Source: a candidate division FCPU426 bacterium (GTDB lineage: Bacteria; Oederibacteriota; Muellerivitia; Muellerivitales; Muellerivitaceae). Taken from it: 64,000 nucleotides of DNA. The stretch spans positions 88,859 through 152,858 of the forward strand of contig CAVYSE010000005.1 of the NCBI GenBank assembly GCA_963771075.1. The letters run 5' to 3'. How positions within the stretch are numbered: position 1 is the first letter of the stretch; the number at the start of each line of letters is the position of its first letter. The notes under the pieces were generated by a model that saw only the letters and a program-made list of their open reading frames with translations, ran no database searches and was not told where the DNA came from. Positions 51,612 through 62,200 of this stretch are shown piece after piece. The translations under genes were made by a program, and so were the position numbers.

Positions 51612-52604
51612 GTGAGGAAACTTATTTTGCCCAAGAGGAAAGAAGTTTTGACAGCGAATTACCGGGGGAAAACCTCCCTGATTGAGAAAAAGGCGCCTTT
51701 CGGCGACCACCATTTCCGGATGTTGGTTTCCGCCGTCAAGAAAGCCCTGACCGTCAACAAGAACCGACCCCAGGGGCACAAGCGACTTTACGCCAGTTCG
51801 ATGGCCTACAAAACCATCCTGGCGCTGGTGCCGGCCCTGGCCATCGCCATGGCGATCCTCTCCGGACCCGCTTTCACCGAGAAAAGGGAGGTGATCCTCG
51901 ACAAGATCGTCGATTTGATATACCCGGTGGAAAATTTAGACCATGACCCGACCCTGGACGACCTGGAAAGGTCCAAGATGCAGGAACTCAACCAGGGTGG
52001 TAAACAGGAGATCATGAGTTCCATGAACCGCTTTGCCAGCCATGCCCGGGGGGTGGGGATCACGGGCCTGGCCGCTTTCGCGGTGGTGGTTTTTCTCCTG
52101 CTTCGGGACGTGGAACATTCCTTCAATTACCTGTGGGGAATCCAAAAGGGCCGCAGGATCAGCGTGCAGGTTTTGAGGCATCTGGGTTTTCTGGTGGCCG
52201 CTCCCCTGTTGGCGGTGATTTGGCTATATTTCAAGGGGTGGGTATTGAGTTGGCCGATCATGCGCCCCTTCCTGGATCTTTCCCTGGTTTCGGTGATCTT
52301 TCCCTTCATGGGCCTGTGGTTAAGCTGCGCCCTGATGTACGCTTTGGTGCCCAATACCAAGGTGCATCTGCGCGGGGCCGTCTGGGCGGGGCTTTTGGCG
52401 TCCCTGGCGCTTGAGATCGCCCGTGAAGGCATGAACTATTACACGGTACATGTATTGGCACATTCCCACGTCTACGGGGCCCTTTGGGTTTTTCCGGTGA
52501 TCCTGATCTGGTTTTACGTTTCCTGGACGATCATTCTTTTTGGGGCTGAGGTTGCCTATTACCTCCAGGACCCCACGGGGGAAGCCATGGAAGGAAGGCG
52601 CTAA
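51612..52604 (+). CDS. YihY/BrkB family membrane protein
   Basis: YKTILALVP, SFNYLWG, YGAL..PVILIWFY..LFGAE. Confidence 0.92.
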   Translation: MRKLILPKRKEVLTANYRGKTSLIEKKAPFGDHHFRMLVSAVKKALTVNKNRPQGHKRLYASSMAYKTILALVPALAIAMAILSGPAFTEKREVILDKIVDLIYPVENLDHDPTLDDLERSKMQELNQGGKQEIMSSMNRFASHARGVGITGLAAFAVVVFLLLRDVEHSFNYLWGIQKGRRISVQVLRHLGFLVAAPLLAVIWLYFKGWVLSWPIMRPFLDLSLVSVIFPFMGLWLSCALMYALVPNTKVHLRGAVWAGLLASLALEIAREGMNYYTVHVLAHSHVYGALWVFPVILIWFYVSWTIILFGAEVAYYLQDPTGEAMEGRR

Positions 52605-52654
52605 AGATTTGCCGTGAAGCTTAGGCAGCCCTCCGCGTGTTATCCTAAAACCCA

Positions 52655-54193
52655 ATGAAAAAAATAGGCCCATCCCGATCCCTTCCCCTTTTTATTCCCC
52701 TGGCGTTTTTTGTATTGTTCATGGATTGCGTTTTACCGGTTCGCTCCCAAACCGGCGACCCCTATCTGGTATCCGCGGACTTTTACGTCAGCGTGGATAA
52801 TTGGGCGGATATTTGGCTCAATGGCATTTCCATCGTGGACTCACTGCCCCATACCCCGCCCAACGTTTATACCAAAAGGCTTAAAAACAAGCTTTCCACC
52901 CTTTGTTACTTCACCCGGGACAATGTCTTGGCGATCGAAATCAGCAAATCGGTTTTGCCCCCTAAAAACCAGGACCAAAAATCCGTCGGGTTCGCCTACA
53001 TCCTCATTCTGAAGCTTTCCGACGGCAGGGAAATCACCCTGACGAGCGCGGAAGCGGCCGATCACAAGGCCTTTTATGTTCCGAACCAAAATGATAGCGA
53101 TCCGAGGGACTGGAATCGCAAGGGGTTCGATGACTCGTCGTGGGGTTCCGCCTATTTAACGGGAGTGACCATACCGGATTGCACCGATGTGCCGGACCCG
53201 CGGACCGGAACCAAAGCTCCTTTTCTTTCGGCCCGGGGTATCTCCTATGAATCCCTTCAACCGGGGGAAAGGCACCTCTTTCGACGCGCTTTCAGCCTCC
53301 CCATCCGCCCCAATCCGCGGTGCCTGACTCCCACTCCGGAAAAGGAGTCCGAAAGGCCCGCCGCCGTCCTGCCGGAGACTCCTCGGCATCCCGAGTTGTC
53401 CCATCCTTCCCGACCCACGGAAACTTTCACCCCGACCGCAACCGACACGCCGGTGAATGTCATTCGTGAAATACCACCCATCTTACCGACCCCAACACCC
53501 CTCATTCCCTTTACCCCGACCCCCATTCCCAGGCTGACCGATACCCCCTGGGTGAACGATACCGGGCCTTTCCAATCCCCCGTGGTGGTCCCTCCGATCA
53601 AACCCCTGCGCCCTAAATCCAAACCCCTTTGGCATTCGACACCCAATCCAGGGGAGTCCGCGCCTTCCCCGGAGGAAATTCCGCCCACCTGGACGCCCAT
53701 CCCGCGTCCCATTCATAGGAAACGAAAAATTCAGGCCATTTATCCAACTTGGACGGTCAAGTTTTGGACGCCCAGCCCAACACCGACCTCCACGCCTACT
53801 CCAACTCCCACTATTTTTTGGAATTATCATCCACCAACTCCCACTCCGCAGGCGCTGGACATTCTGCCGATCCTGCCAACGCCCACGGTACCGCCGCCGG
53901 GATCCAATGCCTTGCCCCAAACGTTGGTGGCGGACAGCCTGCCGGCAAATTTATACGTTAACTTCGCCGATGGGCCGGGGGTTTACCGGGTTGACATCCT
54001 CGACCTTCAGGGCAAAGTCATCCGGAGGGTCTACGAGAACAGGGTGACCACTCAGAAAGAGGATTGGGCCTATTGGGATGGAAAGGACGGATCGGGGCGA
54101 ATGGAGCCTCCCGGCACCTATCGGGTGGTTTTCACCCTGGATGAAACCCGGCTGAAGGATGTGTTTTTACGAATCGGGGCGGAGTCACCCTGA
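52655..54193 (+). CDS. Secreted protein with beta-sandwich domain, PT-rich linker and FlgD-Ig-like C-terminus
   Basis: VDNWADIWLNG, FDDSSW, ILDLQGKVIR..WDGKD..PGTY. Confidence 0.75.
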   Translation: MKKIGPSRSLPLFIPLAFFVLFMDCVLPVRSQTGDPYLVSADFYVSVDNWADIWLNGISIVDSLPHTPPNVYTKRLKNKLSTLCYFTRDNVLAIEISKSVLPPKNQDQKSVGFAYILILKLSDGREITLTSAEAADHKAFYVPNQNDSDPRDWNRKGFDDSSWGSAYLTGVTIPDCTDVPDPRTGTKAPFLSARGISYESLQPGERHLFRRAFSLPIRPNPRCLTPTPEKESERPAAVLPETPRHPELSHPSRPTETFTPTATDTPVNVIREIPPILPTPTPLIPFTPTPIPRLTDTPWVNDTGPFQSPVVVPPIKPLRPKSKPLWHSTPNPGESAPSPEEIPPTWTPIPRPIHRKRKIQAIYPTWTVKFWTPSPTPTSTPTPTPTIFWNYHPPTPTPQALDILPILPTPTVPPPGSNALPQTLVADSLPANLYVNFADGPGVYRVDILDLQGKVIRRVYENRVTTQKEDWAYWDGKDGSGRMEPPGTYRVVFTLDETRLKDVFLRIGAESP

Positions 54194-54266
54194 CCCCAAG
54201 GTGCGCGGGGCTTTCGTCGATCCTACCCCTTGATTATCCGATTCAACTTGGGGTTAATGTTTTTAA

Positions 54267-54977
54267 ATGATCTTGAACCGAAATAAGAAAATATTGGTCG
54301 TCGGAGTAGGCGGATTGGGTTGTCCCGCCGCCTTAGGGCTGGCTTCCGGGGGTTGGGATTGCTTGACCCTCATGGACCCGGACCGGGTCGAGTTATCCAA
54401 CCTCCACCGGCAGGTGCTCTATTCCCAGTCCGACCTGGGAAAACCCAAAGCTGAAACCGCCGCGCAAAAATTATCCAGTCTTTTCCCGGAGGGCCATTTC
54501 GAAGCAATCCCCCTGGCCCTGGACGCTTCCAATGGGGATCAAGTCCTCTCCCGTTTCGACCTGGTGGTGGACGGGCTGGACCGCCTGGAAAAGAAGTTTT
54601 TCCTGAACGATGCCTGCGTCCGGATAGGCAAGCCCTATGTGCACGCGGGGGTGGTCATGTTCGAGGGACAGGTGATGGGTGTGTCCCCCGGAAAAAGCGC
54701 CTGCCTGCGCTGCTTGATTCCCAAGATCCCGCCCCCTTTCGCCATGCCCACTTGCCGCGAGGCTGGGGTTCTGGGGTCCTTCTCGCAAAGCGTGGGAACC
54801 CTGGCCGCCCTGGAGGCCTCGCGTCTGCTCAAGGGGGAAAGTCGATTGAGACTTTGGAAGATGGATTTACTCACGAGGAACCTGCGGTCGATAATTCCTT
54901 CTCGAAACCCCAAATGCTTGGCTTGCGGTAAGGAGGGAGGATCGGCTGAGATTCTCCCAGCGGTTTGTTCTATATAA
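54267..54977 (+). CDS. ThiF/MoeB adenylyltransferase lacking the N-terminal RYSRQ segment
   Basis: GVGGLG, D.D.VELSNLHRQ, CLRC, PTC..AGVLG, CLAC; in-frame TAA immediately before the ATG. Confidence 0.9.
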   Translation: MILNRNKKILVVGVGGLGCPAALGLASGGWDCLTLMDPDRVELSNLHRQVLYSQSDLGKPKAETAAQKLSSLFPEGHFEAIPLALDASNGDQVLSRFDLVVDGLDRLEKKFFLNDACVRIGKPYVHAGVVMFEGQVMGVSPGKSACLRCLIPKIPPPFAMPTCREAGVLGSFSQSVGTLAALEASRLLKGESRLRLWKMDLLTRNLRSIIPSRNPKCLACGKEGGSAEILPAVCSI

Positions 54978-55189
54978 AGGGTGATTTGCTTTCTAAGAAC
55001 CGGTTTCAAAACCTCCAACTTTTACCGTGACCCGTCCCCTTTTGGGGGAGGGTAGTAAAATGCATGAGACGCGAAGAAAACAGAGTTTTCTTACTGCTTT
55101 TAAGTTCGTTTTTTATGCTGACAAATGGGTTCAGAGATAAAATACATAGATCCCGGTTGGATTCCTATTTATTGATCGTGGGGTATTTC

Positions 55190-56602
55190 ATGCGACATCC
55201 GCTCCGCTTTGCCCATATCGCCTTCGCTGGCATCGCCCTTTTGTGGAGTTACGCCTTCGCCGCGACCTCCGACGACTATTACAAAGCCGCCATGACTCTT
55301 TATAACGCCAAGAACTATGACCAAGCCGTAAAGTATTTCAACGCGGCCTTACAAGTAGACCCCAATAACGCGGCGGCCCTGCAGGGAAGGGCGAATTGTT
55401 TTTACACCCAAGGCAACACTTCCGCCGCCCTGGCGGATTACCAGAAGGTTCTGGCCCAAAATCCAAGCAACCCCCAGCTTGCCCAGTTCGTCCAGGCGCT
55501 TCAAACCAAGGTAGGGTCCACGCCTCCCGCCGCGCCGGGACCGGCCCCAGGGGACCCTTACGCCCAGGGAGTCGCTTTCTACGGCCAAAAGCAGTATCAA
55601 GCCGCGATCCCCGATTTCCAGGAAGCCAGCCGATTGAATCCATCCGACGCGAAGCCCTATTACTACCTGGGGCTTTGTGACATGTGGGTCGGGGACGCCC
55701 GGGGAGGCGCATTGAACCTTTCCCTGTCGAATCGTAAACAACCCAATCCAAGCGTGGAAGCCTACGTGAACCAGGTGATGGGCCAGCTCAGCCCCGCCGA
55801 CCAACAATGGGTGACCGACCAGTTGGCGGGTTCTGCGCCTGGTACAACCCCGTCCCTGGCCGCCAGCCCCGGTTCTAAGGCCTGGCAGCAGCACCCATTT
55901 GGCGTCCGCCTAATGCCTTCCTTCGTGTTGAATAACATGACGGCCTTGAATAACGAGGCCCAGTTCGCGAAAAGCTGGGCGGCGAACCAGCAAAACATCG
56001 ATCCGACAGTCGGGTTCAACGCCGAGGTTCCGAGCGGTTATACCAATCTAACGGTGGAGCCCTTTTATAAACTCGGACCCGATTTCGAGGTGGGCCTCCC
56101 GATTTGGTACGGGATCATCGGCCAATTCTCGGAGGCGGTCACTTCGGGCTCGGGAACCTACAGTTATGGGACTACCTTTAATTTTTCGGCCTTTTCCGTT
56201 GGTTTGGAAGGACGTTATTATTTCGGATCGGCGCCCCTGCGGTTTTTCATAGCGGGAGGGCCGATGGTGATTCCCATGAGCTTGAGCTCCCCATCGAGTG
56301 CAGGGACGACCGCCATTAATCCTTCCGCGATCGGGTTGGGAGCCCAGGTTCATTTGGGGGTGGATTACCAGTTGGGTGACACGATGTCAATCGGGCCTTT
56401 TTTGGGATACCAATACGCGGATATCAGCGGCTTTACCGCCACCGTCGACGGTCAAAACGTGGAACTATATTTGAATCCGAATTCCAACGGTTGGTCCACC
56501 TTCTTCCCGGGGACCTCCGGGAACACACTGTCGGGAAGCACCCCCTTCGACGTTGACTTAAGCGGGCTTTTCTTTGGTTTGCAATTCTCGGCGGTTTTTT
56601 AA
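55190..56602 (+). CDS. Secreted TPR plus outer-membrane beta-barrel protein
   Basis: Signal peptide, two TPR blocks, amphipathic strands, terminal Phe. Confidence 0.85.
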   Translation: MRHPLRFAHIAFAGIALLWSYAFAATSDDYYKAAMTLYNAKNYDQAVKYFNAALQVDPNNAAALQGRANCFYTQGNTSAALADYQKVLAQNPSNPQLAQFVQALQTKVGSTPPAAPGPAPGDPYAQGVAFYGQKQYQAAIPDFQEASRLNPSDAKPYYYLGLCDMWVGDARGGALNLSLSNRKQPNPSVEAYVNQVMGQLSPADQQWVTDQLAGSAPGTTPSLAASPGSKAWQQHPFGVRLMPSFVLNNMTALNNEAQFAKSWAANQQNIDPTVGFNAEVPSGYTNLTVEPFYKLGPDFEVGLPIWYGIIGQFSEAVTSGSGTYSYGTTFNFSAFSVGLEGRYYFGSAPLRFFIAGGPMVIPMSLSSPSSAGTTAINPSAIGLGAQVHLGVDYQLGDTMSIGPFLGYQYADISGFTATVDGQNVELYLNPNSNGWSTFFPGTSGNTLSGSTPFDVDLSGLFFGLQFSAVF

Positions 56603-56956
56603 CCCGATCCCCTCAACACGATAAACTCGAAGGACGCGAAACCCCTGGCGCAAGACTGCCTGGTTTTTTTATATTTTCTGACAAAACCTAATATTTACCA
56701 CAAAGACACAGAGACACATGCCGTCCATCCATGAGACAGTAAACCCGGATAATGGGTTTTAGATTTCTTGAATTTAGAAAGATTTTTCTCTGTGCCTCTG
56801 TGGCCGCCAAAGGCGGCCTGTGGTGAAATTAGGTTTTGTTATAGTCTCTTAGCCTGAAAAGGGTAAAACGCTTTCATTTTGGTTCGCCAAGAACTGGGTC
56901 TTATGGGGCCGTCTTATGATATCTTGTCCGATATAACCAAGGAGTTGGCGTGCCCT

Positions 56957-57424
56957 ATGATTAAAAAAATGGTCTTAGTGGTTCCCGGGGAGTATACCTT
57001 CGAGAACTTCTTTGCCCCTCGGTTCAAAAAAACCAATTTGGAAATTTTTGACGTGGACACCAACCGGCGCGGGATACAGCGCAAGGGAAACAACCATCTG
57101 GTGGTCTTTTTGGACTATGTTTATAAAAAGCCTCTCGATCAATTCTCGGAGACCCAGGGAATCGAGTCCGAAACCATCGTTTATTTGACCCAAACCCACA
57201 TCGAGTTCTTCAAACAAATGTTCGACCACCAGAAGGAGCTTTCCGTATACGCACTTTCCTATGACGCGAGGATGTCGCTCATCGCTTGGGAAGTCATCAC
57301 CCACATCGCGGACGACAAGAGGGTCCTGGTCGAGGAAGGTTTCGGGGAATGGATGAAGGGTCCTGAATTGGCCCGGGAATTAAAAGACTTTCTCGATTTC
57401 AAACAGGATGGCCAGAAGGCATAA
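56957..57424 (+). CDS. Hypothetical protein
   Basis: AAGGAG upstream; ~155-aa ORF; no family recognised. Confidence 0.65.
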   Translation: MIKKMVLVVPGEYTFENFFAPRFKKTNLEIFDVDTNRRGIQRKGNNHLVVFLDYVYKKPLDQFSETQGIESETIVYLTQTHIEFFKQMFDHQKELSVYALSYDARMSLIAWEVITHIADDKRVLVEEGFGEWMKGPELARELKDFLDFKQDGQKA

Positions 57425-57427
57425 AGG

Positions 57428-57640
57428 CGTTTTTTGATCGGCGTGGGCGGGTCTGATCGTCTAGGCCTGACCCTTTACGCGAATATCACTCAGGAAAAGG
57501 CGATGAGCACAAGCCTTACTTTTCTACTTTTCCCCCCCCAGGTATTCTGGCGGTCATGTAATATTACAAACAAGGGACTTGGACCTCCGGCCCGCCCTTT
57601 TCGTGGCAACCGGCCTGGTGTTGGGGGCCTGGTCGGGTTA
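57428..57640 (+). pseudogene. TauE/SafE sulfite exporter remnant
   Basis: Across frameshifts and a stop: LIGVGG..TQEKAMSTSL..PPGILAVM*YYKQG.LDLRPALFVATGLVLGAW.G. Confidence 0.6.
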
Positions 57641-58126
57641 TGGATCGTGGTCGGCGCCCTGAAAGGGTTCACGGTCAAGGGAATTGCCTCTTTCCTGAAT
57701 TTACAGATAGAGTCCGTTTTAAATCTTGCTTTATTTGGTTGTCATTGCGACGAGTGGCCGCCGATATCCCGCATTTCCTTTTGAAAATTTTAAAAGATGA
57801 TGCGGGATCATCCCATTTTCCTTATTTACCCTTAAAGAAAAATGGGGCTAGGCGGACGTTCACGAGAGGCTTGTGGTAGTTGGCCTAAATTCGGCCAACC
57901 ATCCATGGGCTTTAGCCCATGGACAATCCCAGTTTAAAAAAGCCTTTAAAAAGGCCAAGACGAACATCGAACTGAGATCGCGACGTCGGCAACCGCCCCG
58001 ATTGGGGCGCCTCCTCTCGATGACAGACCACAAAAGCACTTCAAAACCCTTTATTTGCGAATTTGGGAAAGACCCAGGGAATTTATAAGACCCGCTGGTC
58101 ATTATTCCAACGAACGAGAGGAAGTC

Positions 58127-58591
58127 GTGCCTAACCTATTTAAACAAGTTCACATCCTTTTCACTATTTGGCTGGTGTTAAGCTTGTCCGGATGCTCCCT
58201 CTTTTTACAAAAGCACTCGGCGTTGGCCCGGATTTCCGACCCCGAAGTTTCTTTTACCCCCCTCTCCACCCAAGAGGTTTACTATTTTATTTCTAAGGAA
58301 GCTTTTCCCCCCGAACTCCAATATCTTCCCGTGGCTGAATTATTGACACCCTACCCAAGCCAATGGACGTACAGGGATCTTGTCCAGGAATTTCAAAAAA
58401 AAGCCGCCGAGGTGGGGGCTAACGCGGTTGTGTTCGACCGGGTCAATAAAACGAAGTTGGATTTCGGCTATTGGGCTTATGAGGGCCACGCCACCGCCTA
58501 CCGGCTTTATAGGCAAACTCCCAAGGAAGACGTGGATTTAAGCGCTTCGCAATTTGGGACTCAAGATCCCGACCTGAGCAAGGTGAAGTAA
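58127..58591 (+). CDS. Putative lipoprotein
   Basis: Lipobox LSG-C; KAAEVGANAVV resembles YbjQ-like folds. Confidence 0.75.
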   Translation: MPNLFKQVHILFTIWLVLSLSGCSLFLQKHSALARISDPEVSFTPLSTQEVYYFISKEAFPPELQYLPVAELLTPYPSQWTYRDLVQEFQKKAAEVGANAVVFDRVNKTKLDFGYWAYEGHATAYRLYRQTPKEDVDLSASQFGTQDPDLSKVK

Positions 58592-58594
58592 TCC

Positions 58595-58984
58595 TCACCC
58601 ATAGCGAGTGGGGAAGCTTCTTATGTAAGCCTTGAAACCTCCGGACAGGTTGCCCGTCTTGAAGCCGGTCTGGGTCGGCGCCTGGTTGGGGTAATAGGGC
58701 CCCAGACCCACCCCGCAATAGACCCATCTTTCCTTTTCTATAATGAATTGCATTGGAGCTTCTCATGCCGGAGCGGCGATAAAGAAGGACAGGATGTCTA
58801 GTTTGATCTCGTTTAATCGAGAGGTTATTTCAGAAAGGGGAGTCCATTGGGCGCCTGCGATGAATCCTTCTATATATTAATCCCTTTATCGAACATCAAT
58901 GAGCTGGGTTGTGGGGATGCTTCTCAAGCGTTCCTTCACTTCAATGGGAGTATTCCTCCACCAATTAAAATTTTCAAAAGACAT
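58595..58984 (-). pseudogene. Rhodanese-domain pseudogene, apparently two fused remnants
   Basis: LIDVR*RD*YIEGFIAGAQWTPLSEI../PVLLYRRSGMRS../VYCGVG../GFKTGNLSGGFKAY. Confidence 0.7.
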
Positions 58985-59253
58985 TTCAAGACCACCGCGA
59001 ACCTTTAAATTCGATATATAAGAAAACTCTAATGATCTAATTCTCTTGCCTTTGAAAATCCACATTTTTTGCGTTAAGTTACAAAAATCGAAAAAATTAC
59101 GTTTACCTTGGATTTTTTTCCCCATTTTGGGTATTATTTGCCACCTGCAAGATTATGATTTTAGTCATCTGTACAAAGTACCTAGTTTTTTTGTTTAGTT
59201 GTAATGGTCAAACAACACCCTGCAAGAAACTCATTTAAGACAAAGGATCGAAG

Positions 59254-62200
59254 ATGAAAAAATTCTCTGTGATATCTGCGCCGAAAACTGCCACGACTGG
59301 GGTGGAAATTTTGGTGTCTAAACAGAAAAAATTCCAAGGGTTTAAACGACCTCTTTTTCTCCTTCTGATTCTTGCCTTTGTGGCGAAGGGGGTATTCGCC
59401 ATCCCGCCCAATCCGGTTAACAACGGGTCCGATTTGAACACGGCGGTCACGGCCATTAACGCGGGCGGAGCTCCATCCACCATTACCTTTGAGAGCAGTC
59501 CCATTGACCTTTCCGGCCTGACGCTTCCAACCCTGGGCCAGAACGTCCTAATTTGGAATTTCGGATCAGCCCCAGTCACCCTTCTGAACTCCACGGGTGC
59601 CGCGGTGAGTTTTATTTCTTCGGCGCAACTGACCCTCGATAACGACGTAAACCTTTCCTTGAGTGGCGGGACAAGCCTGGGCCTCCTGGGGAACGGCAAC
59701 GGCCTGTCGGGCACCTCCGCCCTCCTCAACACGGGCTCCTTTCAGCAAAACTCTGGCAGTGCGTTATTTGTCCTGGGTGGTAATGGCACCGCCGTCACGA
59801 CGATCGGCAATATCAGCGGGAACGGCGGAGCGGCTTCCTTTAATTCCACGGGCGCGGTCTCCATTTATAAAAGTGAGAACCTAGTGATTGCGGGTTCCGC
59901 GGTGTCCGGTTTCGGCAACGCGGGAGTAACGGAGGGATCGGGCGCGAACGGATCGGTCTCGGTGGGTGCACTCACAAATAATAACGGCTTGTATGCCGTG
60001 GAAGCCGGGAGCGGGGCGGACGATTACAACTTGGCCAGTGGCGGTAACGGCGGCAACGCGACTTTTACGGCCGGGGCGGTCACCTTCTTAGGCGGGGAAG
60101 GCGGAGCCATCGCCGGTTCTGGTGGCAATGCGGTCAGCGCGAACGGCGGTAATGGCGGAAACGTTTCGGCGGCCATGAACAACTACAACGGAGGGGATAG
60201 CGACTTCATCCTCCTCGGTGGCGACGGCGGCTCCAATTGGGTAACCCAAGGTGTGGGTGGCAACGGGGGCAATTCGACCGCGACCATCATCAACGGGATT
60301 TCAAGCGACTCAACCTATTTCCAAGTGGCCGCAGGCTCGGCCGGATCGGGCAATGGCTCCCTTGGCACGACGGAAGGGGCCGGTGGAAACGCCTTGGCGA
60401 ACCTGGGCGGCGTTACCTTGACGGGAAATGATAATGATTCTAGTTTTGGGATTCTGGGCGGTTCGGGCGGATCGGATTATAACCTGGGCAATGGGGGCGC
60501 GGGCGGCAACGCGGCGCTCAACGTGGCGGGAGCGACTTCCATTTATGGCACCGAGGTGGAAGTGAGCGCGGGATCGGGCGGAGATTCCGCGGGCGGCAAT
60601 AGCGGCAACGGCGGCAGCGCCTTGATGACTACCAGTTCCGTGACAGGGGGGGACGCCAGCTTGTACGTGTATGGCGGCGACTCCGGTAGTGACAATGGCA
60701 ATGTCGGTTATGGCATCAGCGGGACGGGCGGAAACGCGACCTTAAACGTGGGCGGAGCGGTTTCGTCGGATTCTTTCGATCTCTATGTGGACGGAGGCTC
60801 CGCGAGTGAAGGTTGGGGCTTGAAGGGCTCGACGGATGGGGCGGGCGGAAGCGCCTCTGCGACCATGACGAGCCTGACCCTGACCGGATCCTCCGATATG
60901 GAATTGGACGGCGGGAGTGGCAGCGCCGATTATGGCTATAACGGCGCGAACGGCGGCAAAGGCGGCGACGCCACCCTGGCGGTTTCCTCCGCAGTTTCCA
61001 TGGATTCAAGCTCTATGTATTTGTATGGGGGGAGCGGTGGAGATTCCTACTCGGGCAAAGGGGGTAACGGCGGCAATGCCACCATGAATATCGGGGGCGA
61101 CTTGGACTTGACCGCGAACAGCCACTATTCCGAAATCGAACTAGAGGGCGGTGATGGTGGATACAACGACGGATACGCCTACGGCATCAGCGGCCAGGGT
61201 GGAAACGCGGCCCTGAACGTGGCCGGCGCGGTTTCCATGGTCGGGAGCGACATCTATGTTTACGGGGGAGACGGGGATTACGGCTATGCGGTTAAGGGTA
61301 CGGCCGAGGCCGCGGGCGGCAATGCGGCCGCCACCATGACAGGTCTTTCCATGACGAATTCCACTTTTGAAGTGGATGGCGGCAGCGGAGCCTATGATTA
61401 CGATGACCCGGGCCTGGGCAACGGCGGCAATGGGGGCAACGGGACCCTTCTGGTTTCGGGCGCGGTGTCGGAGGGTTCCAGCACGCTGGAGGTTTACGGA
61501 GGGGATGGGGGAGAATCGTATTCTGGAAACGGAGGAAACGGCGGCAATGCCCTGATGAGCGTAGGCTCTGGATTGGCACTGACCGGTGGTTCATACCTTT
61601 ATGATGAAGCGGGAAGTCCCGGATATAACGATGACGACGCGTACGGTGTGGGCGGAAACGGTGGCAACGCGACCCTGGCGGTCGGGGGCGCGGTTTCCAT
61701 GGATTCCAGCCAGGCTTATGTCGAGGCCGGCGGGGATGAGGATGGCTACGGCGCGCCGGGCCAGACAGAGGGCTCGGGCGGCAACGCGCTGATGACGGTT
61801 GGCTCCAGCCTAAACTTGACGAACGGATCCTACCTCTACTTGGACGGTGGACAAGGGAATTATGACTATGGTTACAACGGGGCTAACGCTGGCAACGGCG
61901 GAAGCGCGACCCTTTTGGTCTCGGGCGCGGTTTCCTTGGACGGTTCAAGCGAAATCGAAGTCGATGGCAATGACGGTGGTTATGCCTATACCGGAAACGG
62001 CGGCAACGGCGGCAACGCGCTGATGAGCGTGGGTTCCAGCCTGGCCCTGACTAATTCTTCCCGCATCAACGTTTACGGTGGGGATCCGGGTTATAACGAC
62101 GGAGAGTATGGCGCACCCGGTGTGGGCGGTAATGGCGGCAACGCGACCCTCCTGGTTTCGGGCGCTGTCTCAATGGATTCCAGCCGAGTTTATGTCGAGG

